NCBI GenBank assembly: GCA_003173895.1
Contig: PJMG01000012.1
Coordinates: 35,448-99,447, forward strand
Length of the DNA stretch: 64,000 bases
DNA from: Candidatus Levyibacteriota bacterium
Lineage (GTDB): Bacteria; Patescibacteriota; Microgenomatia; Levybacterales; UBA12049
Reading direction: 5' to 3'
Part shown: piece after piece, positions 8,929 through 18,623 of the stretch
Position numbering within the stretch: position 1 is the stretch's first letter
Layout of the letters: each line of letters starts with the position of its first letter
The notes under the pieces: model-generated
The model's database searches: none
What the model saw: the letters and a program-made list of their open reading frames with translations, nothing else
What the model was told of the DNA's origin: nothing
Translations under genes and position numbers: made by a program

Positions 8929-10581
8929 TTATCGTTTTTTTACATCCTTTATCTTAAGTTGTATGCTTTCTCTTCCATTCCACTCATTTCTATCTATTAC
9001 AAAAACTATATCAATTAAATCCCCTAGTTTAATATTCTGAAACTTATCAACCATATTAAATGCAATCCCATCAATTCTGAATTCTGAATTCTGAATTCTG
9101 AATTTCAATTTCACATGCTTTCTATCTTTTCCAATTAAATTTATTGACTCAATCTTTACATTTTTACTTAAAAATACTGGTTCTGGGTTACTCATTCCAA
9201 AAGGAGAAAGTTTTTGAATTTCATCATAAAAATTTAGATCAACTATAGATAATGGAATTTCCAAATCAATATTTAAAATTCTTTCTAAATGTTCCTCTAA
9301 AATTTCTATTAACGCTAACTCTTCCATTTTTTTCTTTAATACCCCAATTTTTACTGTTTCTATAGTAAAACCAGCAGCCATGGGATGTCCTCCAGCATTT
9401 ACTAAAAACTCAGAATGTTTTCTAATAAATTCAATAATATTAATACCACTTATTGAACGAGCAGAAGCTTTACTAACTCCATCTTTTTTAGAAATTACTA
9501 TTGAGGGTCGATAAAAAGTCTCCACTAATCGTCCTGCTACTAAACCAATAATCCCTTCTTCAAAATCATCTTCGATAATTAAAATATTTTTAATTTTTCC
9601 TCGACTTTTTACTACTTCAATGGCGCGAAGTGTCGAAGCTTGCGTTAATAATTGACGCTCTCTATTAGTTTGACCTAAAGTAAGTGCTAAATTCTGTGCT
9701 CTTTTAATATTTTTAGTACAAAGTAAACGTAAACTATCCATTGCAGATTCCAATCGTCCCATGGCATTAAGACGAGGAGCTATCATATGTCCTACCTCAT
9801 AAATTCCTATTTTTTTAGGGTCAATTCCTGCTTCCTTATATAACATTTGTAAACCTACTCTTTTAGTATCTCTTAAATATTCCAAACCAATTTTTACAAT
9901 CGCTCTATTTGCATCTTTCAGTGGCACTAAGTCAGCGATAGTTCCTAAAGTTACTAAATCTAAAAATTTAGAAGGATCTTCACTTTTTTCTTTACCCTTT
10001 ACGCTTAATACTTTTGTAATTTCTTGCGCAAGCAAATAAGCCACTCCTGCACCACATAGTTTAGTCGTATGAACAGTACTAAAACTTGGAGGCAATTTTT
10101 CACCTCCGCCAGCTGGCGGAGTATGATGATCTGTAATTATTACATCTATTCCATTTTTATTACTAAATTCCACAGCTTCATGTGCCACAATTCCATTATC
10201 AACTGTAATAATTAAACCAATTTTTTCTTTTTCATTTTTATTTATTAAATTTTCTATACCCTTAATCGATAGACCATAACCTTCCTCTACTCTATGAGGA
10301 ATATATGGTTCCACATTCGCACCTAATCCAAATAAAGTTTCCCATAAGATAGCAGTTCCTGTAATTCCATCTACATCATAATCGCCATAAATTATAATTT
10401 TTTCTTTACTTTCAATTGCTTTTTTTATACGTTTTAAACTTTTTTGCAGCTTTTTTTTATCAATCTCAACTGAATCAATTGTTATATCCTCTATTTTGGG
10501 ATTTAAATAATTTTCAATTTCCTTTTTTGTTTTCATTCCTCTATTTTCTAAAAGAATATTTAAAATTTTTCCCATTGTCAT
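8929..10581 (-). CDS. recJ: Single-stranded-DNA-specific exonuclease RecJ
   Basis: DHH motifs (IIIYGDYDVDGITGTAIL; ITDHH) and DHHA1 region (GGHPMAAG). C-terminal OB-like extension. Start chosen at MTMGKIL (10581) rather than ORF-track 10737, to match typical RecJ N-termini and avoid overlap with the divergent NUDIX gene. Confidence 0.85.
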   Translation of the reverse strand: MTMGKILNILLENRGMKTKKEIENYLNPKIEDITIDSVEIDKKKLQKSLKRIKKAIESKEKIIIYGDYDVDGITGTAILWETLFGLGANVEPYIPHRVEEGYGLSIKGIENLINKNEKEKIGLIITVDNGIVAHEAVEFSNKNGIDVIITDHHTPPAGGGEKLPPSFSTVHTTKLCGAGVAYLLAQEITKVLSVKGKEKSEDPSKFLDLVTLGTIADLVPLKDANRAIVKIGLEYLRDTKRVGLQMLYKEAGIDPKKIGIYEVGHMIAPRLNAMGRLESAMDSLRLLCTKNIKRAQNLALTLGQTNRERQLLTQASTLRAIEVVKSRGKIKNILIIEDDFEEGIIGLVAGRLVETFYRPSIVISKKDGVSKASARSISGINIIEFIRKHSEFLVNAGGHPMAAGFTIETVKIGVLKKKMEELALIEILEEHLERILNIDLEIPLSIVDLNFYDEIQKLSPFGMSNPEPVFLSKNVKIESINLIGKDRKHVKLKFRIQNSEFRIDGIAFNMVDKFQNIKLGDLIDIVFVIDRNEWNGRESIQLKIKDVKKR

Positions 10582-10671
10582 CTCAAGCGAAGTCGAGAGA
10601 TCTCGTTCTTTAATCTTTAAATTATTAACTATTTTCCATTTCATATTTGATATAATTTTACCAGAAAATTT

Positions 10672-11145
10672 ATGAAAAGAGGGATTGATTACATAGGCGT
10701 AGGAGTAGGTGCTGCTATTTTTAATAATAAAGGACAATTATTAATTATGCTCCGTGGTAAAAAAGCTAAGAACGAAAGAGGCACATGGGAAATTCCTGGT
10801 GGCTCTGTAGAGTTTAATGAAACATTTGAACAAGCTCTAAAAAGAGAAGTAAAAGAAGAAATAGGAGTAGAAATAGAAATAATAGAACTTTTAGGAATTT
10901 GTGATCATATTATTCCTTCAGAAAAACAACACTGGGTAGCCCCTACATTTATTTGTAAAATTATAAAAGGTAAACCAAAAATAAAAGAAAAAGATAAATG
11001 CGAAAAGCTAGATTGGTTCACCTTAGAAGAAGCAGAAAAATTACCACTATCAATAATCACTAAATGGGATATAGAACAACTTAAAAAGAAATATATTTCC
11101 TTTTTCTCATCAATAAGTAAATCGAAAATACACCAAAAGGAATAA
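10672..11145 (+). CDS. NUDIX hydrolase
   Basis: Nudix box GGSVEFNETFEQALKREVKEEIGVEIE (G-x5-E-x7-REuxEExGu). Confidence 0.75.
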   Translation: MKRGIDYIGVGVGAAIFNNKGQLLIMLRGKKAKNERGTWEIPGGSVEFNETFEQALKREVKEEIGVEIEIIELLGICDHIIPSEKQHWVAPTFICKIIKGKPKIKEKDKCEKLDWFTLEEAEKLPLSIITKWDIEQLKKKYISFFSSISKSKIHQKE

Positions 11146-13099
11146 ATAGAACTGTTACTAATTGTGCTTCTGGATTAGAAAAAGCATCTTCTATTTTATA
11201 GAAAATAAAATTTATAAAAGCTTTTGGCTGATGAATCAATTCTGATTTATTAACAATATAATCACCTTTTATATAATAAGGATTTGTATCCATTAAAATA
11301 TAATCTGCATCAGAAGGATTAGATAAAGTTAAGTCTACTAAATACATTTTATCTTTAGAATTAACTATTGGTGGGAATGCTAATAGATGATTTTTACTAT
11401 CTTTAATTTCTCCTACCGCATAAGAATTAATGGCATACCAATTTTTATCATTTAACTGTTTAATTTTAAAAATTAATTTTTGATTTGTATGGATATTAAT
11501 TTGTCCAGTGGATTTATGGATTATATGTAATATTAAAATCGCAAAATTATTTTCTGTAGATGTAATTTCAAACTTTATAGTGTTATGTTTTTTCATAGAA
11601 ATATATCCACTACTATTTTGCATTTTAGGATTTAAAAAAGTTAAATTTTTAAACTCATTCTGAAGTGAGAAAAGGTTAAAATTAGACTGATATGCTAAGA
11701 AAATAGATAAAATATAAAAACCAATAAAAAATGAAAATATAAATTGAGGAGTTCTAATAATTTTACCTATTTTACTCTCCTTATAATCATCCACATTTTT
11801 ATTTTCATTTTTATCTCTCTTAAAGTAAGGTCTTTCTAGAAAATAATAAGTAATACTGGAAATAATAATAACTAAAATAAAAATAATTATAATTTGAATA
11901 ATATTTATAAATAAATTAGTGGGTAAATTATGATCAATTACCATATGTAAAATAGTTGTATGAGTTAAATAGATGGAATAACTAATGGTCCCTAAAAAAA
12001 CTAAAAAATTAGAACTTAAAAACTTTGATAAAAAAGTTTTATGGTTTAAAGCAAAAGCCATTACAAAAGTTAGCGGAAATGCCCAAAGAATATGAATTAA
12101 AGGACTAAAAGATTGGGGGAAAACCCCTAAGAAAATAGTTTTATAAAATATTAAAAATAAAAATATAAATAAAGTTAAAATTGATAATTTATTAGGAAGT
12201 AATTTATCTAATTTTTCTATTAAATAAGATTTATTTTTATAAATATAACCTAAAATAATTCCTGCTATAAAATAAAAACAAATATAAACTTGTATCATAC
12301 TAAGAACAAATAGTTTTGAAGTTAGGAGAGTTAAACTACAAAATAATGGGATAAGTAAAATTAAAAATGTAATTTTTTCCCATCTTTTTCTTAACTTTAA
12401 AAAATTAATTAATGGTACGCAAATAATAGGATATAAAACGTAAAATAGTACTTCAGCTACTAAACTCCAATAAACTCCATCCAGCATAGGTACATAATTT
12501 CCTAGAGGTAAAGTTAAAGTGGCATTAACTAAAGCTATAGTCGTTTCTCTAAAAATATAGGGAAAATTATAGAAGAAAAATATTGGAGGCTGTCGCATGA
12601 TATAAAATGCATAAAATAATCCCATGAATATTTGAAGAATTAAAAATGAAAAAAACATTAATTTTCTCACACTGGTAGATGCAAACTTCTTAACTAAATA
12701 AACCCAGATAACATAAGTAAAAAGTGAATAAAGTAGAATGATTCCTATTTGAATAAGTGCATTTAAATGTGGCATTAACCATAGATTAAAACGAACGGCA
12801 ACCAAAGTAAGGAATAAAGGAAAAATACGAGTATATCTTTTTTGAAGAAAATGAAGGGAATTAGCAGGATTTGGATAAATACTTGCCATAAAAAATCCCG
12901 ACAGAATAAATAAAAGGGTAACTCCAGTTACTCCGCTCGTGAAAAGTATTTGACTTAGAAATGAACCAATTAAAGGATTTATAAAGAGAGTATTTATATG
13001 ATTTAAAACCACTAGTATTATGGCAAAACCACGGATTCCATCTAAAGCATGAAGACGAAAACTTCTGGAATTTTGTTCCATATTTATTAAATTATACAA
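11081..13099 (-). CDS. Acyltransferase family 3 (O-acyltransferase) membrane protein with C-terminal extracytoplasmic domain
   Basis: About 10 TM helices in the first ~400 aa with the conserved N-terminal R/H region (LDGIRGFAIILVVLNH). ~230-aa non-TM C-terminal domain and a terminal TM helix. Confidence 0.65.
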   Translation of the reverse strand: MYNLINMEQNSRSFRLHALDGIRGFAIILVVLNHINTLFINPLIGSFLSQILFTSGVTGVTLLFILSGFFMASIYPNPANSLHFLQKRYTRIFPLFLTLVAVRFNLWLMPHLNALIQIGIILLYSLFTYVIWVYLVKKFASTSVRKLMFFSFLILQIFMGLFYAFYIMRQPPIFFFYNFPYIFRETTIALVNATLTLPLGNYVPMLDGVYWSLVAEVLFYVLYPIICVPLINFLKLRKRWEKITFLILLIPLFCSLTLLTSKLFVLSMIQVYICFYFIAGIILGYIYKNKSYLIEKLDKLLPNKLSILTLFIFLFLIFYKTIFLGVFPQSFSPLIHILWAFPLTFVMAFALNHKTFLSKFLSSNFLVFLGTISYSIYLTHTTILHMVIDHNLPTNLFINIIQIIIIFILVIIISSITYYFLERPYFKRDKNENKNVDDYKESKIGKIIRTPQFIFSFFIGFYILSIFLAYQSNFNLFSLQNEFKNLTFLNPKMQNSSGYISMKKHNTIKFEITSTENNFAILILHIIHKSTGQINIHTNQKLIFKIKQLNDKNWYAINSYAVGEIKDSKNHLLAFPPIVNSKDKMYLVDLTLSNPSDADYILMDTNPYYIKGDYIVNKSELIHQPKAFINFIFYKIEDAFSNPEAQLVTVLFIPFGVFSIYLLMRKRKYISF

Positions 13100-13210
13100 A
13101 CAAGTAATTTAGTCAATCAATAAGCAAGCCAAAAACTTTAAGTGCAAATAATAAGCTTTACCTAAAATAAATGTTAACCTAAATTTGCTTCGTGTTATAA
13201 TTAATATGTT

Positions 13211-14557
13211 ATGCAAATAAAAATTCCTTCAGAAATCAAAGAAAAAGTTTATGAGAAATTAGAAAAAGCAGGATTTGAAGTTTATTTAGTTGGAGGTTGT
13301 ATAAGAAATATACTATTAGAAAAAGAACCTAAAGACTGGGACCTCACTACTAATGCTACTCCAGAAGAAATTTTAAAAATTTTCCCAAATGGATTCTATG
13401 ATAATAATTTTGGCACAGTGGGAATTCCTGTAAAAAGTCAAATTGTCGAAATTACTACTTTTCGTACAGAACGGGATTATTTAGACTCTCGTCACCCATC
13501 CTCAGTTCAGTGGGGTAAAACTATAGAAGAAGATTTACAAAGACGAGATTTTACTATCAATGCTATGGCTTTAGATTCTAAATTCCAACTAGTTGATCCT
13601 TTTCATGGTCAAGAAGATTTAAAAAATAAACTTATCCACGCTGTCGGAGATTCTTCCAAGCGTTTTAAAGAAGACGCTCTTCGTCTAATGCGAGCTATTA
13701 GATTCGCTACTCAATTAGGTTTTACGATCGAAGAAAAAACTTGGAATTCAATAGTAGAAGACAGTGTTTTACTGGAGAGAATTTCAGGTGAAAGAATACG
13801 TGATGAATTTTTAAAGATTTTAGAAAGTCCAAATGCATATGAAGGAATTATGATGTTAAAAAATGCAGGACTTTTAAAATATATTATTCCCGAACTTTTA
13901 GACGGGATAGGATTATCTCAAGTGAGACCTGGACGTCATCATATTTATGACGTTTTTACACATAATATAATGTCTATGAAACTTTGTCCTTCCATAGATC
14001 CAATAGTTAAATTTGCCGCTCTTATTCATGATATTGGTAAACCATTTTGTCAATCAAAAGATGAAAATGGATTAATAATTTTTTATAACCATGAAATAGT
14101 TGGAGCAAAAATAGCTTATCAAATTTGTGAGCGATTAAAATTTTCTAAAAAAGAGCGAGAAAAAATAACTAAACTTATTCGCTGGCATATGTTTTCTGTA
14201 GATGAAGAACAAACTGATGCAGCTGTTAGAAGATTTATTAGGAAAGTTGGAATTGACAATATTAAAGATATGATTGATCTTAGAATTGGTGATCGTTTAG
14301 GTAGTGGTATACCAGAAGAAAGAGCAGAAAGTTGGAGACTTAAAAAATTTAAAGAAAGAGTTGAGAAAGAACTGGCTCCAGCTGCGTTTTCTATAAATAA
14401 TTTAGCAGTAGATGGAAATGATATTATGAGAATTTTAAATATTAAACCAAGTAGAAAAATTGGTGAAATTTTACAAAAATTATTTGGTGAAGTAGATGGC
14501 CATTTAGAATTAAATACTAAAGAATATTTAGAAAAAAAGATTAAAGAATTAGAATAA
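13211..14557 (+). CDS. cca: CCA-adding tRNA nucleotidyltransferase / poly(A) polymerase family with HD domain
   Basis: Pol-beta NTase head motif (GGCIRNILL...DWDL) and downstream HD domain (HHIYDVFTH ... IHDIGK). Confidence 0.8.
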   Translation: MQIKIPSEIKEKVYEKLEKAGFEVYLVGGCIRNILLEKEPKDWDLTTNATPEEILKIFPNGFYDNNFGTVGIPVKSQIVEITTFRTERDYLDSRHPSSVQWGKTIEEDLQRRDFTINAMALDSKFQLVDPFHGQEDLKNKLIHAVGDSSKRFKEDALRLMRAIRFATQLGFTIEEKTWNSIVEDSVLLERISGERIRDEFLKILESPNAYEGIMMLKNAGLLKYIIPELLDGIGLSQVRPGRHHIYDVFTHNIMSMKLCPSIDPIVKFAALIHDIGKPFCQSKDENGLIIFYNHEIVGAKIAYQICERLKFSKKEREKITKLIRWHMFSVDEEQTDAAVRRFIRKVGIDNIKDMIDLRIGDRLGSGIPEERAESWRLKKFKERVEKELAPAAFSINNLAVDGNDIMRILNIKPSRKIGEILQKLFGEVDGHLELNTKEYLEKKIKELE

Positions 14558-14706
14558 TAGTTTGCTTATTTCGTTTTTAGTATGTATAATAATTTTGTGA
14601 GAAATAATATTTCTCGCATTTGATTAAGGATCTCATAGTTAAAGTTTGCTGATTTAATATATAGTCTCCTCTTTTAAACCGCGGGAAATTTACTCATAAT
14701 TAGTTT

Positions 14707-15609
14707 ATGGATGTTATTCAAGTTAATAATTTAACTAAAAAATTTAAAGATTTTACAGCAGTTAATAATATTTCTTTTTCTATAAAGGAGGGTGAAATAG
14801 TGGGATTACTAGGACCTAATGGTGCGGGAAAAACTACTACTATTCAAATGCTACTAGGAGTTTTAACACCAAGCAGTGGAGAGATAAAATATTTTGGTAA
14901 AAATTTAAAAACTCACAGAGAGATTTTAGAAAACGTAAATTTCTCTACCACTTATACTAATTTACCATGGGATTTATCTGTTTTGGAAAATTTAACATTT
15001 GTATCTTATCTTTATGAAATAAAAAATAGAAAAGAAAGAATTAATGAAATAATTAAAATTTTTCAGCTAGAGGATTTAAAAAATAAAACGATGGGCCAAT
15101 TATCTGCAGGACAATTAACTCGTGTTAATTTAGCTAAAGCATTTATTAATAATCCTAAAGTTTTACTTTTAGATGAACCTACAGCATCCATGGATCCTGA
15201 TATAGCAACCTATTTACGTAATTTTATATTAGAAAGAAAAGAGGAAAATAATATGTCTATTATTTGGACTTCTCATGATATGTTCGAAGTAGAAAAAGTG
15301 TGTGATAGAGTTATTTTTATAAACAGCGGCCAGATTATCGCAGATGATAAACCAGAAAATTTAGCCAAAACTATTCAAAATTCACATATAGAATTATTGA
15401 TTAAAGATGGATTGAAACGACTTATAAACTATTGTGATAAAAATAAACTTAAATACATATCAGAAAAAAGAATTATTACCATTGATGTTAAGGAAAGTGA
15501 AATATCTAAATTTTTGAGAGATATCGCTGATACAAAAATTATTTTTGAGGAAATTAGTATAGAAAAACCAAATTTAGAGGATTATTTTTTGGAGGTGGCA
15601 AAAAAATGA
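14707..15609 (+). CDS. ABC transporter ATP-binding protein
   Basis: Walker A GPNGAGKTT, ABC signature LSAGQLTR, Walker B LLLDEPTASMD. Confidence 0.85.
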   Translation: MDVIQVNNLTKKFKDFTAVNNISFSIKEGEIVGLLGPNGAGKTTTIQMLLGVLTPSSGEIKYFGKNLKTHREILENVNFSTTYTNLPWDLSVLENLTFVSYLYEIKNRKERINEIIKIFQLEDLKNKTMGQLSAGQLTRVNLAKAFINNPKVLLLDEPTASMDPDIATYLRNFILERKEENNMSIIWTSHDMFEVEKVCDRVIFINSGQIIADDKPENLAKTIQNSHIELLIKDGLKRLINYCDKNKLKYISEKRIITIDVKESEISKFLRDIADTKIIFEEISIEKPNLEDYFLEVAKK

Positions 15610-16397
15610 AAGTTAATTTAAGACGAGTTTACGCTATTATTTTGAGATATATGTTTTTATTTAGAAGAAGCTATGATCGCTTAACTGATGCTTTTTATTG
15701 GCCTGTTATTGATTTATTTGTGTGGGGTTTAACCAGTAGTTATCTTAAAAGTTTTGCGCCAAAAGCCTCACCTATTATTCTAATGGTCGTTTCAGGAATT
15801 TTACTTTGGCTTATTGTTTGGCGAGCCCAGTATGAAATTAGTGGAGGAATTTTAGAAGATTTATGGAATAAAAATTTAATCAATATTTTCGTATCTCCAC
15901 TTACATTCTTAGAATGGAATTTAGCATTTATAACAGTTGGTTTAATTAAAATTATCGTAAGCGTACCCTTTGCTATGTTAGTAGCTTATCTTTTGTATCA
16001 TGTTCAAATTTTTCTTTACGGTTTTTATTTAATTCCTTTTGCCATTTCATTAACCATATCTGGTTGGTGGATAGGATTTTTAGTAGCGGGAATTATTTTA
16101 AGATATGGAACTAAAGTTCAAACTATCGCATGGGCGAGTGTAGGTCTTATTTCTCCATTCGCAGCTATTTATTATCCAGTATCTATATTACCCATGTGGG
16201 CTCAAAAAATTGCTTATCTTATTCCTATGACATATATTTTCGAAGGTTCTAGACAAATAATTTTTCAGCATAAATTAGATCCTGAAAAATTAATAATGAG
16301 TTTTGTATTAAATGCAGTATATTTAATAGCTACTATTATTTTTGTAAGATCTTCATTTAAAAAGATCTTAAATAAAGGACTTATAAGGCTAGCATAA
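15606..16397 (+). CDS. ABC-2 type transporter permease
   Basis: 6-TM polytopic protein translationally coupled (4-nt overlap) to the ABC ATPase. Confidence 0.7.
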   Translation: MKVNLRRVYAIILRYMFLFRRSYDRLTDAFYWPVIDLFVWGLTSSYLKSFAPKASPIILMVVSGILLWLIVWRAQYEISGGILEDLWNKNLINIFVSPLTFLEWNLAFITVGLIKIIVSVPFAMLVAYLLYHVQIFLYGFYLIPFAISLTISGWWIGFLVAGIILRYGTKVQTIAWASVGLISPFAAIYYPVSILPMWAQKIAYLIPMTYIFEGSRQIIFQHKLDPEKLIMSFVLNAVYLIATIIFVRSSFKKILNKGLIRLA

Positions 16398-16416
16398 AAA
16401 CTGATATAATTTTTTT

Positions 16417-16872
16417 ATGGAAAACTGTATTTTTTGTCAAATCGTAAATGGTAAAGCTCCATCGCATAAAGTTTGGGAAGATGAAAATTATTTAGCATTT
16501 CTTTCTATATTCCCTAATACTGAAGGAGTAACAGTAGTAATTCCAAAGAAACATTATTCCAGTTACGTTTTTGATTTATCAGATGAAGTATTATCAGAAT
16601 TTATTTTAAAAGTTAAAAAAGTGGCTAAAATACTAGATGCTAAATTAGAAGATGTGGGAAGAACTGGTTTAATTTTTGAAGGATTTGGAGTAGATCATTT
16701 ACATGCTAAATTATATCCTATGCATCGGACAGCTAACATGAAAGAATGGGCTAAGATTGAATCTCAAATAGATAAATATTTTGAAAAATATGAGGGTTAT
16801 TTATCTTCACACGATGCTAAAAGAGCAGATGATCAAATACTTGCAAAATTAGCAGAAAAATTGAGAAAATAA
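16417..16872 (+). CDS. HIT family hydrolase
   Basis: N-terminal CIFCQI and histidine triad-like HLHAKLYP. Confidence 0.65.
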   Translation: MENCIFCQIVNGKAPSHKVWEDENYLAFLSIFPNTEGVTVVIPKKHYSSYVFDLSDEVLSEFILKVKKVAKILDAKLEDVGRTGLIFEGFGVDHLHAKLYPMHRTANMKEWAKIESQIDKYFEKYEGYLSSHDAKRADDQILAKLAEKLRK

Positions 16873-16876
16873 AGAT

Positions 16877-17329
16877 ATGTCAAAACAAGAATTACGTGAT
16901 CAACTAAAAACTTCTATGTTCGCGAAAGACGAATTAAAAACGTCTGTTCTTCGTATGCTACTTTCTGCTATTACCTATTATGAAATAAATAAAGGTGGGG
17001 CTGGATATGAAGCTACAGATGAAGATGTTTTATCAGTTATTCAAACTCAAATTAAACAAAGGAGAGATAGTATAGAACAGTTTGAAAAAGGTGGACGACC
17101 AGAATTAGCTGAAAAGGAAAAGAAAGAATTAGAATTATTACAAGTTTACATGCCTGCTCAAATGAGTGAAGATGAGATAAAAGCTTTAGTTAAAGAAGCA
17201 ATTAGTCAAACAGGAGCAGCAACCATGCAAGATATGGGAAAAGTTATGGGTGCTCTTATGCCCAAAACTAAAGGCAAAGCAGATGGAAGTTTAGTAAGTA
17301 AAATCGTTAAGGAAGAATTAAATAAATAA
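16877..17329 (+). CDS. GatB/YqeY domain protein
   Basis: Typical YqeY N-terminus (LRDQLKTSMFAKDELKTSVLRMLLSAI) and a length of 150 aa. Confidence 0.75.
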   Translation: MSKQELRDQLKTSMFAKDELKTSVLRMLLSAITYYEINKGGAGYEATDEDVLSVIQTQIKQRRDSIEQFEKGGRPELAEKEKKELELLQVYMPAQMSEDEIKALVKEAISQTGAATMQDMGKVMGALMPKTKGKADGSLVSKIVKEELNK

Positions 17330-17330
17330 T

Positions 17331-17738
17331 TTATCTATCTTCAAGTCTATAAACGAATTTTAACCCTGACCAAGTTTCATCAATAGCGCATACTTTTACA
17401 TCCACTACTCCATGAGATAAACCAATTTCTCGAATTATATTTTCATTTAAATCAGTTAATATTTTTGATGTTTTCTTGGACCAAGAAATCCAGAGCATTC
17501 CTGATCTTTTTAAAGATTTAATTAAAAATGGAAACATTTTTTCTAGTTGTTTTTTATCTGTAGCGAAAAAATGAATTATATCCCACATACTCCCATCGAT
17601 TTTTAATTTTACATTTTTAGGCAGTGGTCCTAAAAGTTTAAAGTAGTTTTCTGGTTCGTTCAAAACAAGTAGAGAATTTCCATCTTTTATTCCAAGTTTT
17701 TCTATAAGAGTTTTTTTTGAATAACCTGAAGTAATCAT
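17331..17738 (-). CDS. Hypothetical protein (DUF3052-like)
   Basis: N-terminus GYSKKTLIEKLGIKDG resembles DUF3052 family starts; assignment from memory only. Confidence 0.35.
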   Translation of the reverse strand: MITSGYSKKTLIEKLGIKDGNSLLVLNEPENYFKLLGPLPKNVKLKIDGSMWDIIHFFATDKKQLEKMFPFLIKSLKRSGMLWISWSKKTSKILTDLNENIIREIGLSHGVVDVKVCAIDETWSGLKFVYRLEDR

Positions 17739-18622
17739 TTTTTCTTTTTACCTAAATCGTTCCAAACTATTAAAAGTTGTGAGGCATTAAAAATAGATGA
17801 GTAGGTTCCACTTATAGTACCTATAAGTAAAGCAATTATAAACCATCTTACACTACCTGCTCCAAATAAAAGAAGTGATGTTAAAACTAAAATAACAGTA
17901 AGTGAAGTTTTTAAAGATCGTCCTAATGTTTGAAGTAAAGAATCATTAACTACTTGATCAAAATCATTAATTAAATTCTTTTTTAAATTTTCTCGAATTC
18001 TATCAAAAACTACGATCGTATCATGAACTGAAAATCCTACTACTGTTAAAATCGCAGTAACAAATAAACTATCTATCTCAATGCCAAAGAAATGTCCCAA
18101 AATAGAGAATATCCCAACGACCACTAATACATCATGAAGTAAAGCGATTATGGCACAAATTCCGAATTTTAAACTACTGGCGGGTTTGGGCACTTCGCGA
18201 AAAGCAAACCAGATATAAAGTACAATTAATAACGAAGCTAATAATACTGAATAGAATGCGTTTTTAGTAGTTTCAGCTCCAATTACTGGTCCTACTGTTT
18301 GGAAACTATCTTCACTAATATTTTCTTTTTTAAGAGTAGAAACAATTATTCTATTTTTAGTATCTATTATAACTTTAGACTTTACTAAGATTTCATTATT
18401 GGATTGAACTATGGAACCAATTTCAATATTTTCATTTTTTAAATTTTTTTGAATTTTATTTTTGGCATCATTATATGATCCTTTATATGAAAAACTGGAT
18501 TGTGATCCCCCACTAAAATCAATGGCTGGATTTAGTCCCCATATTAAAAGAGAAATTAAACCTGGAATTATAATTATTAACGAAATTGCAAAATATATTT
18601 TTTTAAATTTAATTAAGTTCAT
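17735..18622 (-). CDS. secF: Protein translocase subunit SecF
   Basis: N-terminal TM, periplasmic domain, C-terminal 5-TM RND-like bundle. Immediately downstream of secD with a 1-nt gap. Confidence 0.85.
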   Translation of the reverse strand: MNLIKFKKIYFAISLIIIIPGLISLLIWGLNPAIDFSGGSQSSFSYKGSYNDAKNKIQKNLKNENIEIGSIVQSNNEILVKSKVIIDTKNRIIVSTLKKENISEDSFQTVGPVIGAETTKNAFYSVLLASLLIVLYIWFAFREVPKPASSLKFGICAIIALLHDVLVVVGIFSILGHFFGIEIDSLFVTAILTVVGFSVHDTIVVFDRIRENLKKNLINDFDQVVNDSLLQTLGRSLKTSLTVILVLTSLLLFGAGSVRWFIIALLIGTISGTYSSIFNASQLLIVWNDLGKKKK

Positions 18623-18623
18623 A

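Noticed and set aside
14595-14618. Hairpin GTGAGAAATAatATTTCTCGC after the cca gene as an intrinsic terminator
   Set aside because: Stem is AT-rich with a mismatch and the downstream T-tract is weak; plausible but not strong enough to list as a feature.
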